64,000 nt of DNA from Actinomycetota bacterium (GTDB taxonomy: Bacteria; Actinomycetota; Geothermincolia; Geothermincolales; RBG-13-55-18): the NCBI GenBank assembly GCA_013178005.1, contig JABLXL010000002.1, forward strand, positions 15,220 to 79,219. The letters are read 5' to 3'. The notes under the pieces were generated by a model. The model was not told the DNA's origin. It saw only the letters and a program-made list of their open reading frames with translations, and searched no databases. A program made the position numbers and the translations under genes. Positions within the stretch are counted from its first letter, which is position 1. The number at the start of each line of letters is the position of its first letter. Of this stretch, positions 1 through 10,908 are shown in pieces.

Positions 1-79
1 TGAACTCCACCAGGGAAAGCGCCTTTTCCTCCTCGATTTGCTCCACCGCCTTGGCGATCAGTGACTGCAAGCGTGCCAC
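1..79 (-). CDS. hypothetical protein, partial (continues beyond window start)
   Basis: The reverse strand of 1-93 reads ...VARLQSLIAKAVEQIEEEKALSLVEF with a GTG preceded by a GAAAGGAG RBS. It lies downstream of the GntR gene in the same orientation. No recognisable domain is present. Confidence 0.25.
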   Translation of the reverse strand, partial: MARLQSLIAKAVEQIEEEKALSLVEF

Positions 80-93
80 GTCCGGCGCTCCTT

Positions 94-828
94 TCACCGT
101 CCCTGCGAGACGGCCCTCAGCCTCACTTTTTCCTCGCGACAGTACATCCTGGAACACCCGAGGGGCCGATTTCCCGGGCCTTGTATAACCTGTTCGACGC
201 AGAGAACGTGCGCACCCTGCCTTACCTTGAGCTGCCTGGCGTTCTCGCCCGATATCGTGGTTGCATATATTTCAAGGATATTCCTTATGGGGTTGAGCTC
301 TGTATGCCTCGCCACCAGGTCGGGAAAAGCGGCGTAGGCGATCTCCCTCTCCAGCACCGGCGCCCCCTTGATATAAGGGAGGATGCGCACGTCCAGGGCG
401 AGAGGTGTGGAAGCGGAGAAGACCACTCTCTTGATGCGCAGCACGGTATCCTTGGGGCGCAGGTCCAGCCTGGCGGCGGTTTCCCCATCGGCGGCGACGA
501 CCTCCACCTCCCGCAACTCCACGCGGTAATTCCTGCTCTCGCCGAGGATGTCGTTCTCGCGCAAGTCGAGCACCAGGAAGTCCATGTGGCGCTGGGCGAC
601 GAAGCTGCCCTTTCCCTGCACCATCTGGATATAGCCTTCTCGCTCGAGGAGCTCCAGGCCGCGCCGCACGGTCATGTGGCTGATGCCGTATTCCCTCGCC
701 AACTCCGATGTGGAGGGCACCCGCTCTCCCGGCGCAAGGTCTCCGTTCTCTATGCGGACCTTGATGTCCTGCGCCAGCCTGAAATAAGCGGGAGTGAAAT
801 CCGGCCTCGCCTCCGCCACCTCAAACAC
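94..828 (-). CDS. GntR-family transcriptional regulator (HutC-like, N-terminal wHTH plus C-terminal UTRA-like domain)
   Basis: The N-terminus ...PGERVPSTSELAREYGISHMTVRRGLELLEREGYIQMVQGKGSFVA is a classic GntR HTH. The protein is 244 aa and sits downstream of the corrinoid methyltransferase genes. Confidence 0.85.
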   Translation of the reverse strand: MFEVAEARPDFTPAYFRLAQDIKVRIENGDLAPGERVPSTSELAREYGISHMTVRRGLELLEREGYIQMVQGKGSFVAQRHMDFLVLDLRENDILGESRNYRVELREVEVVAADGETAARLDLRPKDTVLRIKRVVFSASTPLALDVRILPYIKGAPVLEREIAYAAFPDLVARHTELNPIRNILEIYATTISGENARQLKVRQGAHVLCVEQVIQGPGNRPLGCSRMYCREEKVRLRAVSQGR

Positions 829-986
829 CTCCCTTTATCGCCATTGTATACGCGCCCGGATGGATTGCGGGCGCGAGGGACAACCCGCTTCGCGGTGTCG
901 ACTCGCTCTCGCCGGGGCTTCCGCGCCTCGGCGATTTGTGTCCGCCGCCATCTCCAACGGGCGCGAAGGTCTCCGCATACTTTCCG

Positions 987-2102
987 TCACGCTCCAAACT
1001 TCTTTACCGAAGCGATCATCGCCGCGACATTTTCCGGCCTGGCGTTGGGGGGGATATCGCACCCCTGGGCGAGGATAAAGCCCGCGGGCCCGATCTCCTC
1101 GATGAGCCTCTTGCAGTATTCCTCGACCTTTTCCACCGTACCCAAGGATAGCAGAGAGGCGGGGACATCGCCCATTATGCAAGCGTGATCGCCCAACACC
1201 TGCTTGGCCTTGAAGATGTCCGTGCTTCCATCGGGTGAAAAAACGATCCTCTTCGCCGGCAGCTCCCGGAGGTACTCGAGGTCCCGCGTCCAGTCGGAGT
1301 CGAAGTGGAGCACGGCGATCACGCCCTCTTCCACCACCGCTTCCACCATCTGTTTGTAGTATGGAAAGACGAAGCGCTGCCAGTGGCGGGGGGAGATGAA
1401 CTCGCTTGCCGCCCGCCATCCTCCCACCCAGGCGGCGATGGGCTTGATCATGCCGCACATCATCCTGGCATCCTCGATCATGTCGCGGATGGCTACGTCC
1501 ATGGCCGCCTGAACCTTGTCTGGAATGCGGTAGAGGTCGCGCAGGAACTGGTGCATGGACCTGCCGCCGCAGAACAACTCATATGGTATGGTGACAATGG
1601 CGGGGGAGAAGGGGACGATGCCGTGGTCCTTCATCGCCTGCATGGCGGAGGGCACGGACATGAAAAAGACGGGCAGCTTCTCTCCCAGGTTATCCAGCCT
1701 CTCGAGATAAAACCTCTCGATAAAGGGGCGGAACCCGTCGTTGATGATGGCATCGTAGTCGGATTCGCTCATGAGTTCCACTTCGTCGACCTGCCAGAGT
1801 TCGTCCTCGGGGAGGTCGCGCCCGGGGATCTTCAGGCGCGAAAGCCAGGCGGTGCTCAGGTTGTGCACGTAGAAATTGGTGTGCTGGATGCCGTCCACCT
1901 CGCCCAATTCCATAAAACATTTGAGCATGACCTGGTTGGAGAGTTCCGGGTTGGTGCAGAATTCCGAGAGCTTCACTCCCTGGTGGCGAGCGCAGAAGCT
2001 ATCGCCCAGGGGCACCACGGGCACCCTGTCCGGCCTCTCCAGCCTCACCGCGGTGAGGATACGCTCGAGCCTTTCCTCGTAAAGGTCGTTTGCCGTGGTC
2101 AT
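987..2102 (-). CDS. uroporphyrinogen-decarboxylase (URO-D) family methyltransferase, MtaA/CmuA/MtvB-like corrinoid-dependent methyltransferase
   Basis: The 371-aa protein has a URO-D-like fold. Its start codon abuts the stop of the upstream corrinoid-protein gene, indicating translational coupling. Confidence 0.8.
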   Translation of the reverse strand: MTTANDLYEERLERILTAVRLERPDRVPVVPLGDSFCARHQGVKLSEFCTNPELSNQVMLKCFMELGEVDGIQHTNFYVHNLSTAWLSRLKIPGRDLPEDELWQVDEVELMSESDYDAIINDGFRPFIERFYLERLDNLGEKLPVFFMSVPSAMQAMKDHGIVPFSPAIVTIPYELFCGGRSMHQFLRDLYRIPDKVQAAMDVAIRDMIEDARMMCGMIKPIAAWVGGWRAASEFISPRHWQRFVFPYYKQMVEAVVEEGVIAVLHFDSDWTRDLEYLRELPAKRIVFSPDGSTDIFKAKQVLGDHACIMGDVPASLLSLGTVEKVEEYCKRLIEEIGPAGFILAQGCDIPPNARPENVAAMIASVKKFGA

Positions 2103-2103
2103 C

Positions 2104-2733
2104 TCAACTCACCCCCAGGAGTTCCCTGGCGATCCTTATCCCGGTGGGTGCGTCCACGCAATAGGCGTCCGCCCCGCAATAATCCGCCGTGCCCTGGTCC
2201 ACGGGACCCCCGCCCACGAGGACCTTCACTCCGTCGCGCAACCCCGCCTCTTTCAGGGCCTCCACCGTCTCCCGCATGCTGTTGAAGCTGGTGGTGAGAA
2301 GGCATGAGAGGCCCACCAGTTGCGGCTTATACTCCTTGACCGCTTCCACGAATCTCTGAGGCGGAACGTCCACGCCCAGGTCCACCACCTCGAAGCCGTT
2401 GCTTCCGAAGATGAGCCCCACGATGTTCTTGCCGATGTCGTGGATGTCGCCCGCCACCGTCCCCAGGACCATGGTGGCGATCTTTTCCTTACTACCCTTG
2501 AGTGTATCACCGAGCGAAGCGGTGGCGGCGGTGAAGATGTCCGCCGCCATTATCAGCTCGGGCAGGTAGTATTCCTGGTTCTGGAAGCGTTCCCCCACCA
2601 TAACCATGCCCTTCTGGAGGTCGGCGAGGATCTCCTCCGCCGTCACTCCTTCCTCGAGTTTCCTCCGCACTTCCTCGCCTACCTCATCCTCCCTGAGGTC
2701 AGCGAGCTTTTCCGCCAACGTTTCCTGCATTGC
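2104..2733 (-). CDS. cobalamin-binding corrinoid protein (MtaC/MtbC/MttC-like)
   Basis: The B12-binding motif DIHDIGKNIV (DxHxxG) and a Rossmann-like B12-binding domain are present. The start is set at MQETLAEK, preceded by a GGAAGGAGG RBS. The longer track ORF starts earlier in a poor-context region. Confidence 0.85.
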   Translation of the reverse strand, partial: AMQETLAEKLADLREDEVGEEVRRKLEEGVTAEEILADLQKGMVMVGERFQNQEYYLPELIMAADIFTAATASLGDTLKGSKEKIATMVLGTVAGDIHDIGKNIVGLIFGSNGFEVVDLGVDVPPQRFVEAVKEYKPQLVGLSCLLTTSFNSMRETVEALKEAGLRDGVKVLVGGGPVDQGTADYCGADAYCVDAPTGIRIARELLGVS

Positions 2734-3019
2734 CGAACCTCCTTCCGCATGGGGCTGCTCACCTCGAGCTCGTCCACGCCGCCGTCCTGCCTGGTTTTGC
2801 GTAACAGGTGTCCGCACCCGCCTGCACCTGGCGTGCCCGCCACCAGGTACAGGCGGGCTTGGAACTTATATATATAACTATATACATGGCGGAGCGGCGG
2901 CTGTCAAGCCCCGTTGGTATGGGGGACTGCAGACGAACAGGGGCGAAAGTGACAGATCAGCGATTTTAACTCTCGAATACCCATTCTTTTTGATGATGCG
3001 CGTCTCGAGGAGGTGGTAT

Positions 3020-3109
3020 ATGCAGATGAAATTCGCAGTGTGTTGCGGTTTCTGCCGGGAAGATCGACCGTCCCTGGATGAGCCATCGTGCTCCTTCCTC
3101 CCCAGTTGA
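3020..3109 (+). CDS. small Cys-rich ORF (29 aa, MQMKFAVCCGFCREDRPSLDEPSCSFLPS), speculative
   Basis: A strong RBS (GAGGAGG) sits 6 nt upstream of the ATG, in an intergenic gap between convergent/divergent genes. There is no homology evidence. Confidence 0.2.
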   Translation: MQMKFAVCCGFCREDRPSLDEPSCSFLPS

Positions 3110-3264
3110 GACGGTGGCACATAGCAGGCAGAGGACAGTGAATCGAAGAAAGGAGGACTGTTCTTCGAGAACCCCGATCTCTTAGGTGTTTAAGAATGAA
3201 GGTACAGCGCTCGATGCTTCCCAACCTTTTGCCCGTAAGGAATCGCTGTGCCTCGGATCCGTCG

Positions 3265-4455
3265 TCACTCCTTCCTCGACGCACGGGTAGGTAATTCTGT
3301 GTCTTCTGTGGACATTCGGGAGGTGGTCACGCGGGAGCCGCGGCCGATGTCCCGCATGATGAGCATGAAGGCCGCGCCGCCGACGAGCAGGCCGAGGTAA
3401 AAATCCATGAAGCGCCAGATGAGGGTGAGGAGCCCCGCCGCGCCCAGGTCCGGCAGCACGCTTTTATAGACGTAGAGGAAACCGACCTCCCCGATGCCGC
3501 TGCCCCCGGGGGTGGGTACGAAGGGCATGAGGATGTGCACCACAAGTTGCGCCACCACCGCCCGCCAGAAGTAGGAGCCGTAACCCAGCCCGACCACGGC
3601 GACGGGCACGGCGAGGAAACCGGTGAACCAGTACAGGCAGGTGAGAAGGCCCACGGCCAGCAGCCTGGCTCGTCCGATGCGTGCCAGGCGGCGCAGGCAG
3701 ATCACGAAGGCCTGGATCTCGGCGATCAGCCTCTCCAGGAAGCGCTGGTACCAGGCGCGTTTGCGGAGGAACGCGGGCGAGTGCTTGAGAAGGGTGTCTC
3801 CCACCGCGCTGTGCGGGCGGAGGATGGCCCACAACACCAGCGCGAGATAGAGAAGCCCCACGGCCAGGGCGGAGAAAAGGAAACCCTGGATGGACATGGA
3901 AAGGTCGATGTATTTGCGCGCCACGAGGATCACGAAGGGAAAGAAGAGCATGAGCAAGGCCGTGGATATGCAGGCGCCGAAGGAGACCACGGCCACGCTT
4001 TCCCCTGGCCCCAGGCCGTAGGCGTAAAGGAAGGCCATCTCGCCCGTGACCCCTCCCGCCCTCCAGGGAGTGACAAGGCCGGAGAAGTAACCTGCATAGA
4101 CCGTCTTGGTTATGTCGGCCAGGCGCACCTTCTCGCCCACGGAACGGATGAGCAGGCGCATGCGCACCACGGACCAGAGCCAGCGTCCCAGGGATAGGGA
4201 GGCGGCGAGCACGAGAAAGCCAGGGGAGAGGTTGGAGAGAGCGCTCAGCGTGGCCCTGTCCAGGGTGGCCAGGGAGATCACGATGAGGGTGGCGACGGAG
4301 AGGGACACGGCGAGAAAAAAACCTCGCCTGAGCTTGGAGCCCTTGGGGGATCCGCCGTCTCGAGATACCCTCTTTCCGGCTTCCTGGTCGTCCTTCATGG
4401 CAACCTGCCCGCTTGCGGGATGTTCGGTGGTTTCCGACGTTTTCTCTTCGCCCAT
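3265..4455 (-). CDS. flippase-like / lysylphosphatidylglycerol-synthase transmembrane-domain family membrane protein
   Basis: A 396-aa polytopic membrane protein with a basic N-terminus and several hydrophobic helices. The overall pattern resembles the LPG_synthase_TM / TIGR00374 family. Confidence 0.6.
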   Translation of the reverse strand: MGEEKTSETTEHPASGQVAMKDDQEAGKRVSRDGGSPKGSKLRRGFFLAVSLSVATLIVISLATLDRATLSALSNLSPGFLVLAASLSLGRWLWSVVRMRLLIRSVGEKVRLADITKTVYAGYFSGLVTPWRAGGVTGEMAFLYAYGLGPGESVAVVSFGACISTALLMLFFPFVILVARKYIDLSMSIQGFLFSALAVGLLYLALVLWAILRPHSAVGDTLLKHSPAFLRKRAWYQRFLERLIAEIQAFVICLRRLARIGRARLLAVGLLTCLYWFTGFLAVPVAVVGLGYGSYFWRAVVAQLVVHILMPFVPTPGGSGIGEVGFLYVYKSVLPDLGAAGLLTLIWRFMDFYLGLLVGGAAFMLIMRDIGRGSRVTTSRMSTEDTELPTRASRKE

Positions 4456-4461
4456 GGGGAC

Positions 4462-4815
4462 ATTCTACTTTAAATTGGGGTCGTATCTTTACTTTTTCAT
4501 TCCGCCGTGGCGTAAGGCAAACACCCAACGCATTCCCGGAACAAAAAAGTCAAGACACGACCCGGTCTCATAACCGGATGCGGGGTCATGTCTTTACTTT
4601 TTCATTCCGCCGCGGCGCAGGACAAACACCCAACGTCATCCCGGAACAAAAAAGTCAAGACACGACCCGGGTTCATAACCGGATGCGGGGTCATGTCTTT
4701 ACTTTTTCATTCCGCCGCGGCGCAGGACAAACACCCAACGTCATCCCGGAACAAAAAAGTCAAGACACGACCCGGTTCAAGACACAACCCGGTTCAAGAT
4801 ACGACCTGGGTGAGC
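4462..4815. repeat. tandem array of about 3 copies of a ~110-bp unit with inverted termini (MITE-like element)
   Basis: The units are near-identical (gtctttactttttcattccgccgcggcgcaggacaaacacccaacgtcatcccggaacaaaaaagtcaagacacgacccgg...). The array begins with GGGTCGTATCTTTAC and ends with CAAGATACGACCTGG, an inverted repeat of about 12-13 bp. Confidence 0.75.
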
Positions 4816-5001
4816 CGCCTCATGGCCTGCGGCAAGCCAAGGGCGCATCATAATGGTAGAGGGTATTGCCCGATGTAAGTTTCCGCGTTATGGGAATGAT
4901 AAGCGAAAGGGCAACTTGTAAATCGCGCGGGCAAAATGGCCGCGCGGCAGGAAGGTCGCCGCGGGCGGTTGAGAAAAAAGCTGAGACGGGAGGCCAGGGA
5001 C

Positions 5002-7581
<2,580 letters not shown>

Positions 7582-7698
7582 GTCGATAGCTATGATGTTG
7601 TAATCGGAACTTGGCGGGATTTAAAGCCATGGGCCAGGGATCTGACGCCGGTTCGCGGCGTAACGGCAGGTGGACGGAACGGGAAAGGAGCATGTGAA

Positions 7699-7863
7699 AT
7701 GTTCGGTAAAGCTACCGATCCGGTATGCGGCATGAAGATAAGCAAGAAAGACGCCGCAGCCACGTCCGAGTACGGCGGCAAGACCGTCTATTTCTGCAAC
7801 CGGGCGTGCAAGGAGGAGTTCGACAAGGACCCGGAAAGGTATATCCAGCGCGCGAAGGGATAG
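7699..7863 (+). CDS. YHS/TRASH-domain metal-binding protein (54 aa)
   Basis: MFGKATDPVCGMKISKKDAAATSEYGGKTVYFCNRACKEEFDKDPERY has the Cys pattern CGM...FC..C typical of YHS domains. It lies directly downstream of copA. It is below the ORF-track length cut-off and was found by hand translation. Confidence 0.7.
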   Translation: MFGKATDPVCGMKISKKDAAATSEYGGKTVYFCNRACKEEFDKDPERYIQRAKG

Positions 7864-7920
7864 GCGGGCTTGCCGGCGCTCCGCTCGCGGCGGCCGTGAG
7901 CGCATGGAGGGGGGTTCGGT

Positions 7921-8427
7921 TTGAAGGAAGACGGGTTCGATACGGGCCGGGCGCCATCCGATCTCTCGGAGCATTTCGATTACCGCGCCGCCACGCGAGC
8001 CAGGGCCGAGGAGGGCACGGTGGTCTCGGTGCACGGGGAGACGGCGAAGGTGCTGATGAGGCGGAGCCGCATGTGCGAGGGATGCGGGTCCTGCTGCGTG
8101 AAGGTGGACGAAGACGGCATGTTGGCGGACGCCGTGAACCGCGCGGGCGCGAAACCGGGCGACCGCGTGCTGGTCGATCTCCCCGAAAGCCTCTCCATCC
8201 GCGCCGCATTCATCCTCTACGGGGTGCCCTTGCTTTTCTTCTTCGCCGGGCTGGGGCTGGGGGCGCTGCTCAGCCTGGCCGCTCTGGGAGGAAAGCTCAG
8301 CGTGCCGCTGTCCGTGGCGTCCGGCTTCGCGCTGCTGGTCGTCTCCTACATCCTCCTTTCGCGCGTTTACCGTGCCGGCTCACGCGCCGCGGACCGCTAC
8401 CGCCCGGTCATCGTCAAGGTGCTGTGA
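7921..8427 (+). CDS. RseC/MucC-family protein (SoxR-reducing system / sigma-E regulator C-like), paralog 1
   Basis: An N-terminal soluble domain with CEGCGSCC is followed by two TM helices. The architecture matches the protein at 53690-54160. Confidence 0.55.
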   Translation: MKEDGFDTGRAPSDLSEHFDYRAATRARAEEGTVVSVHGETAKVLMRRSRMCEGCGSCCVKVDEDGMLADAVNRAGAKPGDRVLVDLPESLSIRAAFILYGVPLLFFFAGLGLGALLSLAALGGKLSVPLSVASGFALLVVSYILLSRVYRAGSRAADRYRPVIVKVL

Positions 8428-9023
8428 CGGAAACGGAGACGTAACCTCGCCGTTGAGGCGACCGGCGTGCCCTGCCGGCTGCCCGGTATTCCGATTGAAC
8501 GGCCAAGGCGAGAGATAGAGATCGCCCCGTCCTCCTCGTGGGGTTCGCCTATCTTGCGGGAGCGACGCGGCGGCTTACTTACCTACTTTTTTCGCCACCG
8601 CGCATCGAAGGCAACAACCGGCGCTTTCAAGCCAAGAGCGGTTAATCCCTTTGCTCGGCCACGCTCGATATTATTGAATGCCTGGAACCATGATCGTATC
8701 TTCGTTCTTCTGTTTTTTATAGAAGCAATGCGTATCTGCCTGGCGAAATGGCGATATTGATAAATTGATAATATTACAACCCCTACCTCCCGACCCTTAT
8801 CTCCTTTCCGCTGTATCCTGCCGGCCAGCAGGACCAATCGAACCCTACCGTTCAACATGGGAGGCGCATCACGGCGCGTCGCTTTTTGCAGCGGCCATCT
8901 GTTGACGGCAAAGCGCACCACGGGAAATGCTCGTATGGATCCATGTGGCAGTTCGTCCCACGTGTCCGGGGCGCCGAGGTGATATACTCTGATGGCAAGG
9001 GGGTGATCGTGGTGGTTGGCGGT

Positions 9024-9395
9024 ATGCGTGTCGTGGAGGGAGAAGGAGTGCCCCTGCCCAGGGGTCCCTATTCGCCCGCGGTAACCTGGGACAAACTGGT
9101 ATTCGTCTCCGGGCTGCTCGCGATAAACCCGGACGGCAGGGAGGTAGCCGGGGACGTGCGCGAGGAAGCCATGGTGGTGCTCAGGAACCTCAAGCGCATC
9201 CTGGAGGAAGCGGGAAGCGGGATGGAGAGGGTGCTCTCGGTGGGCGTCTACCTGGCGGATATCGGGGATCTGCCCGCGTTCAACGAGGTTTACGAGGAGT
9301 TCTTCCGGCCGCCGTATCCTGCCCGAACCGCCATCGGCGTGTCCCTTTTGGGCGGGTTCCGCGTGGAGCTCTCAGCCGTGGCGTACCGGGAATAA
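9024..9395 (+). CDS. ridA: RidA/YjgF family reactive-intermediate deaminase
   Basis: The ~124-aa protein has ...PRGPYSPAV...GDLPAFNEVYEEFF...PARTAIGVSLL... typical of the YjgF/chorismate-mutase-like fold. The internal Met is chosen as start. Confidence 0.8.
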   Translation: MRVVEGEGVPLPRGPYSPAVTWDKLVFVSGLLAINPDGREVAGDVREEAMVVLRNLKRILEEAGSGMERVLSVGVYLADIGDLPAFNEVYEEFFRPPYPARTAIGVSLLGGFRVELSAVAYRE

Positions 9396-9566
9396 TCCGC
9401 GCGGCGAGGAAAATGCAGCGGCGCGCCGGCGCTTGCGGGCTACGATAGGAGATCGAGTTCGAACGCGTCTTTTCGGGGCGGTGCCGGTTTGCCCCGAACT
9501 CGACCGAGCGCCCAGCGCCGGGAAGCGGGGCGGTACCATGAAAGCGGTGGATAGTGGAGGAGGGGC

Positions 9567-10868
9567 ATGATGAGCAAGGTGGCGGTGGTCGCTGCAGGCG
9601 ACGATATGGAAGCCTCCGTGGAGCGCGTTTTCGAGCCCTTCGGCGGCGTGAGGGAGGTGCTGGGCGGCAGGAAGGGCGTATTCATCAAGGTCAACGCCGT
9701 CGATTACAAGTCCCACAGCTATACCGACCCGGCGGTGGTCAAGGCCGCGGCGAGCTTGTTCAAGGCTGCGGGGGCCCGCGAGGTCTACGTGATGGAGAAC
9801 TGCACCCAGGCCGCGTTCACGCGGCTGGTTTTCCGCGTGACGGGCTTGGAAAAAGCGGCCCGGGAGGCGGGCGCCGTGCCCCTGTACCTCGACGAGGGGA
9901 AGCAGGTGGAGATAACCCTTCCTACCCTCGGTTACGACGTGCACGTCTCCCGCTGGGTGAAGGAAAGGCTCATGGAGGGCCGGGACGACAACCTCTACCT
10001 GAGCATACCCAAGCTCAAGACGCACTCCATGGCCACGGTGACCCTGGGGGTCAAGAACCAGTTCGGCTTGATCATGCAGGGCGATCGCATTAGGGACCAC
10101 AACTTCAACCTGCACCGCAAGTTCGCCGATATCTACGCTGTGATCAGGCCCGACTTCACCCTCATCGAGGGCATCTACGCCATGAACCATGGCCACGACC
10201 ACCCGGAAGGGCTGGTGGGCAGGTGCGCCGAACGCCTGGGGGTCCTGATCGGCGGGGACGATACCCTGGCGGTGGACGCGGTGGGCTGCGATATCATGGG
10301 TATCGATCCGCGCGGCGTGGAACACTTGAGGCTTGCCGCGGAAGGAGAGTGGGGCACCGTCAACCTTGAAGAGATCGAGGTGATAGGAGACCCCGATCCG
10401 TTCCGGCGCCGGTACACCAGCGAGCTCCTCGACGTCTATCCCGCGGACGTGGAGATCATCGAGGGCGAGGAGAGATGCTGCCCCGAGGGATGCAGTCTCA
10501 ACACCCGCATGGTCCTGCAGTACCTTTTCGTGGACCATGGCGGGCGGGGCGGATTCAGCATCGTCATGGGCAAGGGGTTCGGCCCCGAGAGTCTTTCGTC
10601 GCTCAAGGGCAAGGTCTTGGTGGTGGGGGATTGCGCGTACGAAGAGGCATACCCCGGGCTTGTTGAAAGGTTGGGGAAGAGGGCGGTACGGTCGGCCCGC
10701 GGCTGCAACAACCTGCGCGATGTGCTGGGCGCCCTGACGCCGCTCATGGGAGTCAATCCCTTGAAGATGGTGCCGCTTCCGGCGCTGGAGTCGCTTGGCC
10801 TGCTGGCCAGGGCCCGGCTCCACCGCACCTCGGCGCGCATCACGCCCATTATCCCCAGGAGGGGGTAG
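9567..10868 (+). CDS. DUF362 domain-containing protein
   Basis: A GGAGGAGG RBS precedes the start. The N-terminus has VAVV...VFIKVNAV, typical of DUF362. The protein is 433 aa. Confidence 0.65.
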   Translation: MMSKVAVVAAGDDMEASVERVFEPFGGVREVLGGRKGVFIKVNAVDYKSHSYTDPAVVKAAASLFKAAGAREVYVMENCTQAAFTRLVFRVTGLEKAAREAGAVPLYLDEGKQVEITLPTLGYDVHVSRWVKERLMEGRDDNLYLSIPKLKTHSMATVTLGVKNQFGLIMQGDRIRDHNFNLHRKFADIYAVIRPDFTLIEGIYAMNHGHDHPEGLVGRCAERLGVLIGGDDTLAVDAVGCDIMGIDPRGVEHLRLAAEGEWGTVNLEEIEVIGDPDPFRRRYTSELLDVYPADVEIIEGEERCCPEGCSLNTRMVLQYLFVDHGGRGGFSIVMGKGFGPESLSSLKGKVLVVGDCAYEEAYPGLVERLGKRAVRSARGCNNLRDVLGALTPLMGVNPLKMVPLPALESLGLLARARLHRTSARITPIIPRRG

Positions 10869-10908
10869 GGGGTTATCTCCGGGCCGCTATATCTGCGGCC
10901 ACTCCGGC

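Noticed and set aside
61-1188. 375-aa plus-strand ORF overlapping the GntR and methyltransferase genes
   Set aside because: It is antisense to two well-supported genes, with Arg/Pro/Gly-rich low-complexity translation typical of spurious ORFs in high-GC DNA.
2734-3020. Cobalamin riboswitch upstream of the corrinoid-protein operon
   Set aside because: No B12-box (GCCACTG) or recognisable riboswitch core was found on the operon strand by eye. A covariance-model scan would be decisive.
4462-4815. CRISPR array hypothesis for the tandem repeats (also 45716-46380)
   Set aside because: The units are 100-120 bp and directly abutting with no unique spacers, there are no cas genes in the window, and each unit has inverted termini, which is more MITE-like.
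8583-8921. 112-aa minus-strand ORF in the AT-rich island
   Set aside because: It is a very basic, low-complexity translation with no RBS and an atypical AT-rich codon composition for this genome. It is more likely non-coding.
9372-10823. 483-aa minus-strand ORF antisense to the DUF362 gene
   Set aside because: Arg/Ala/Gly-rich nonsense. The plus-strand gene has a strong RBS and a conserved family N-terminus.
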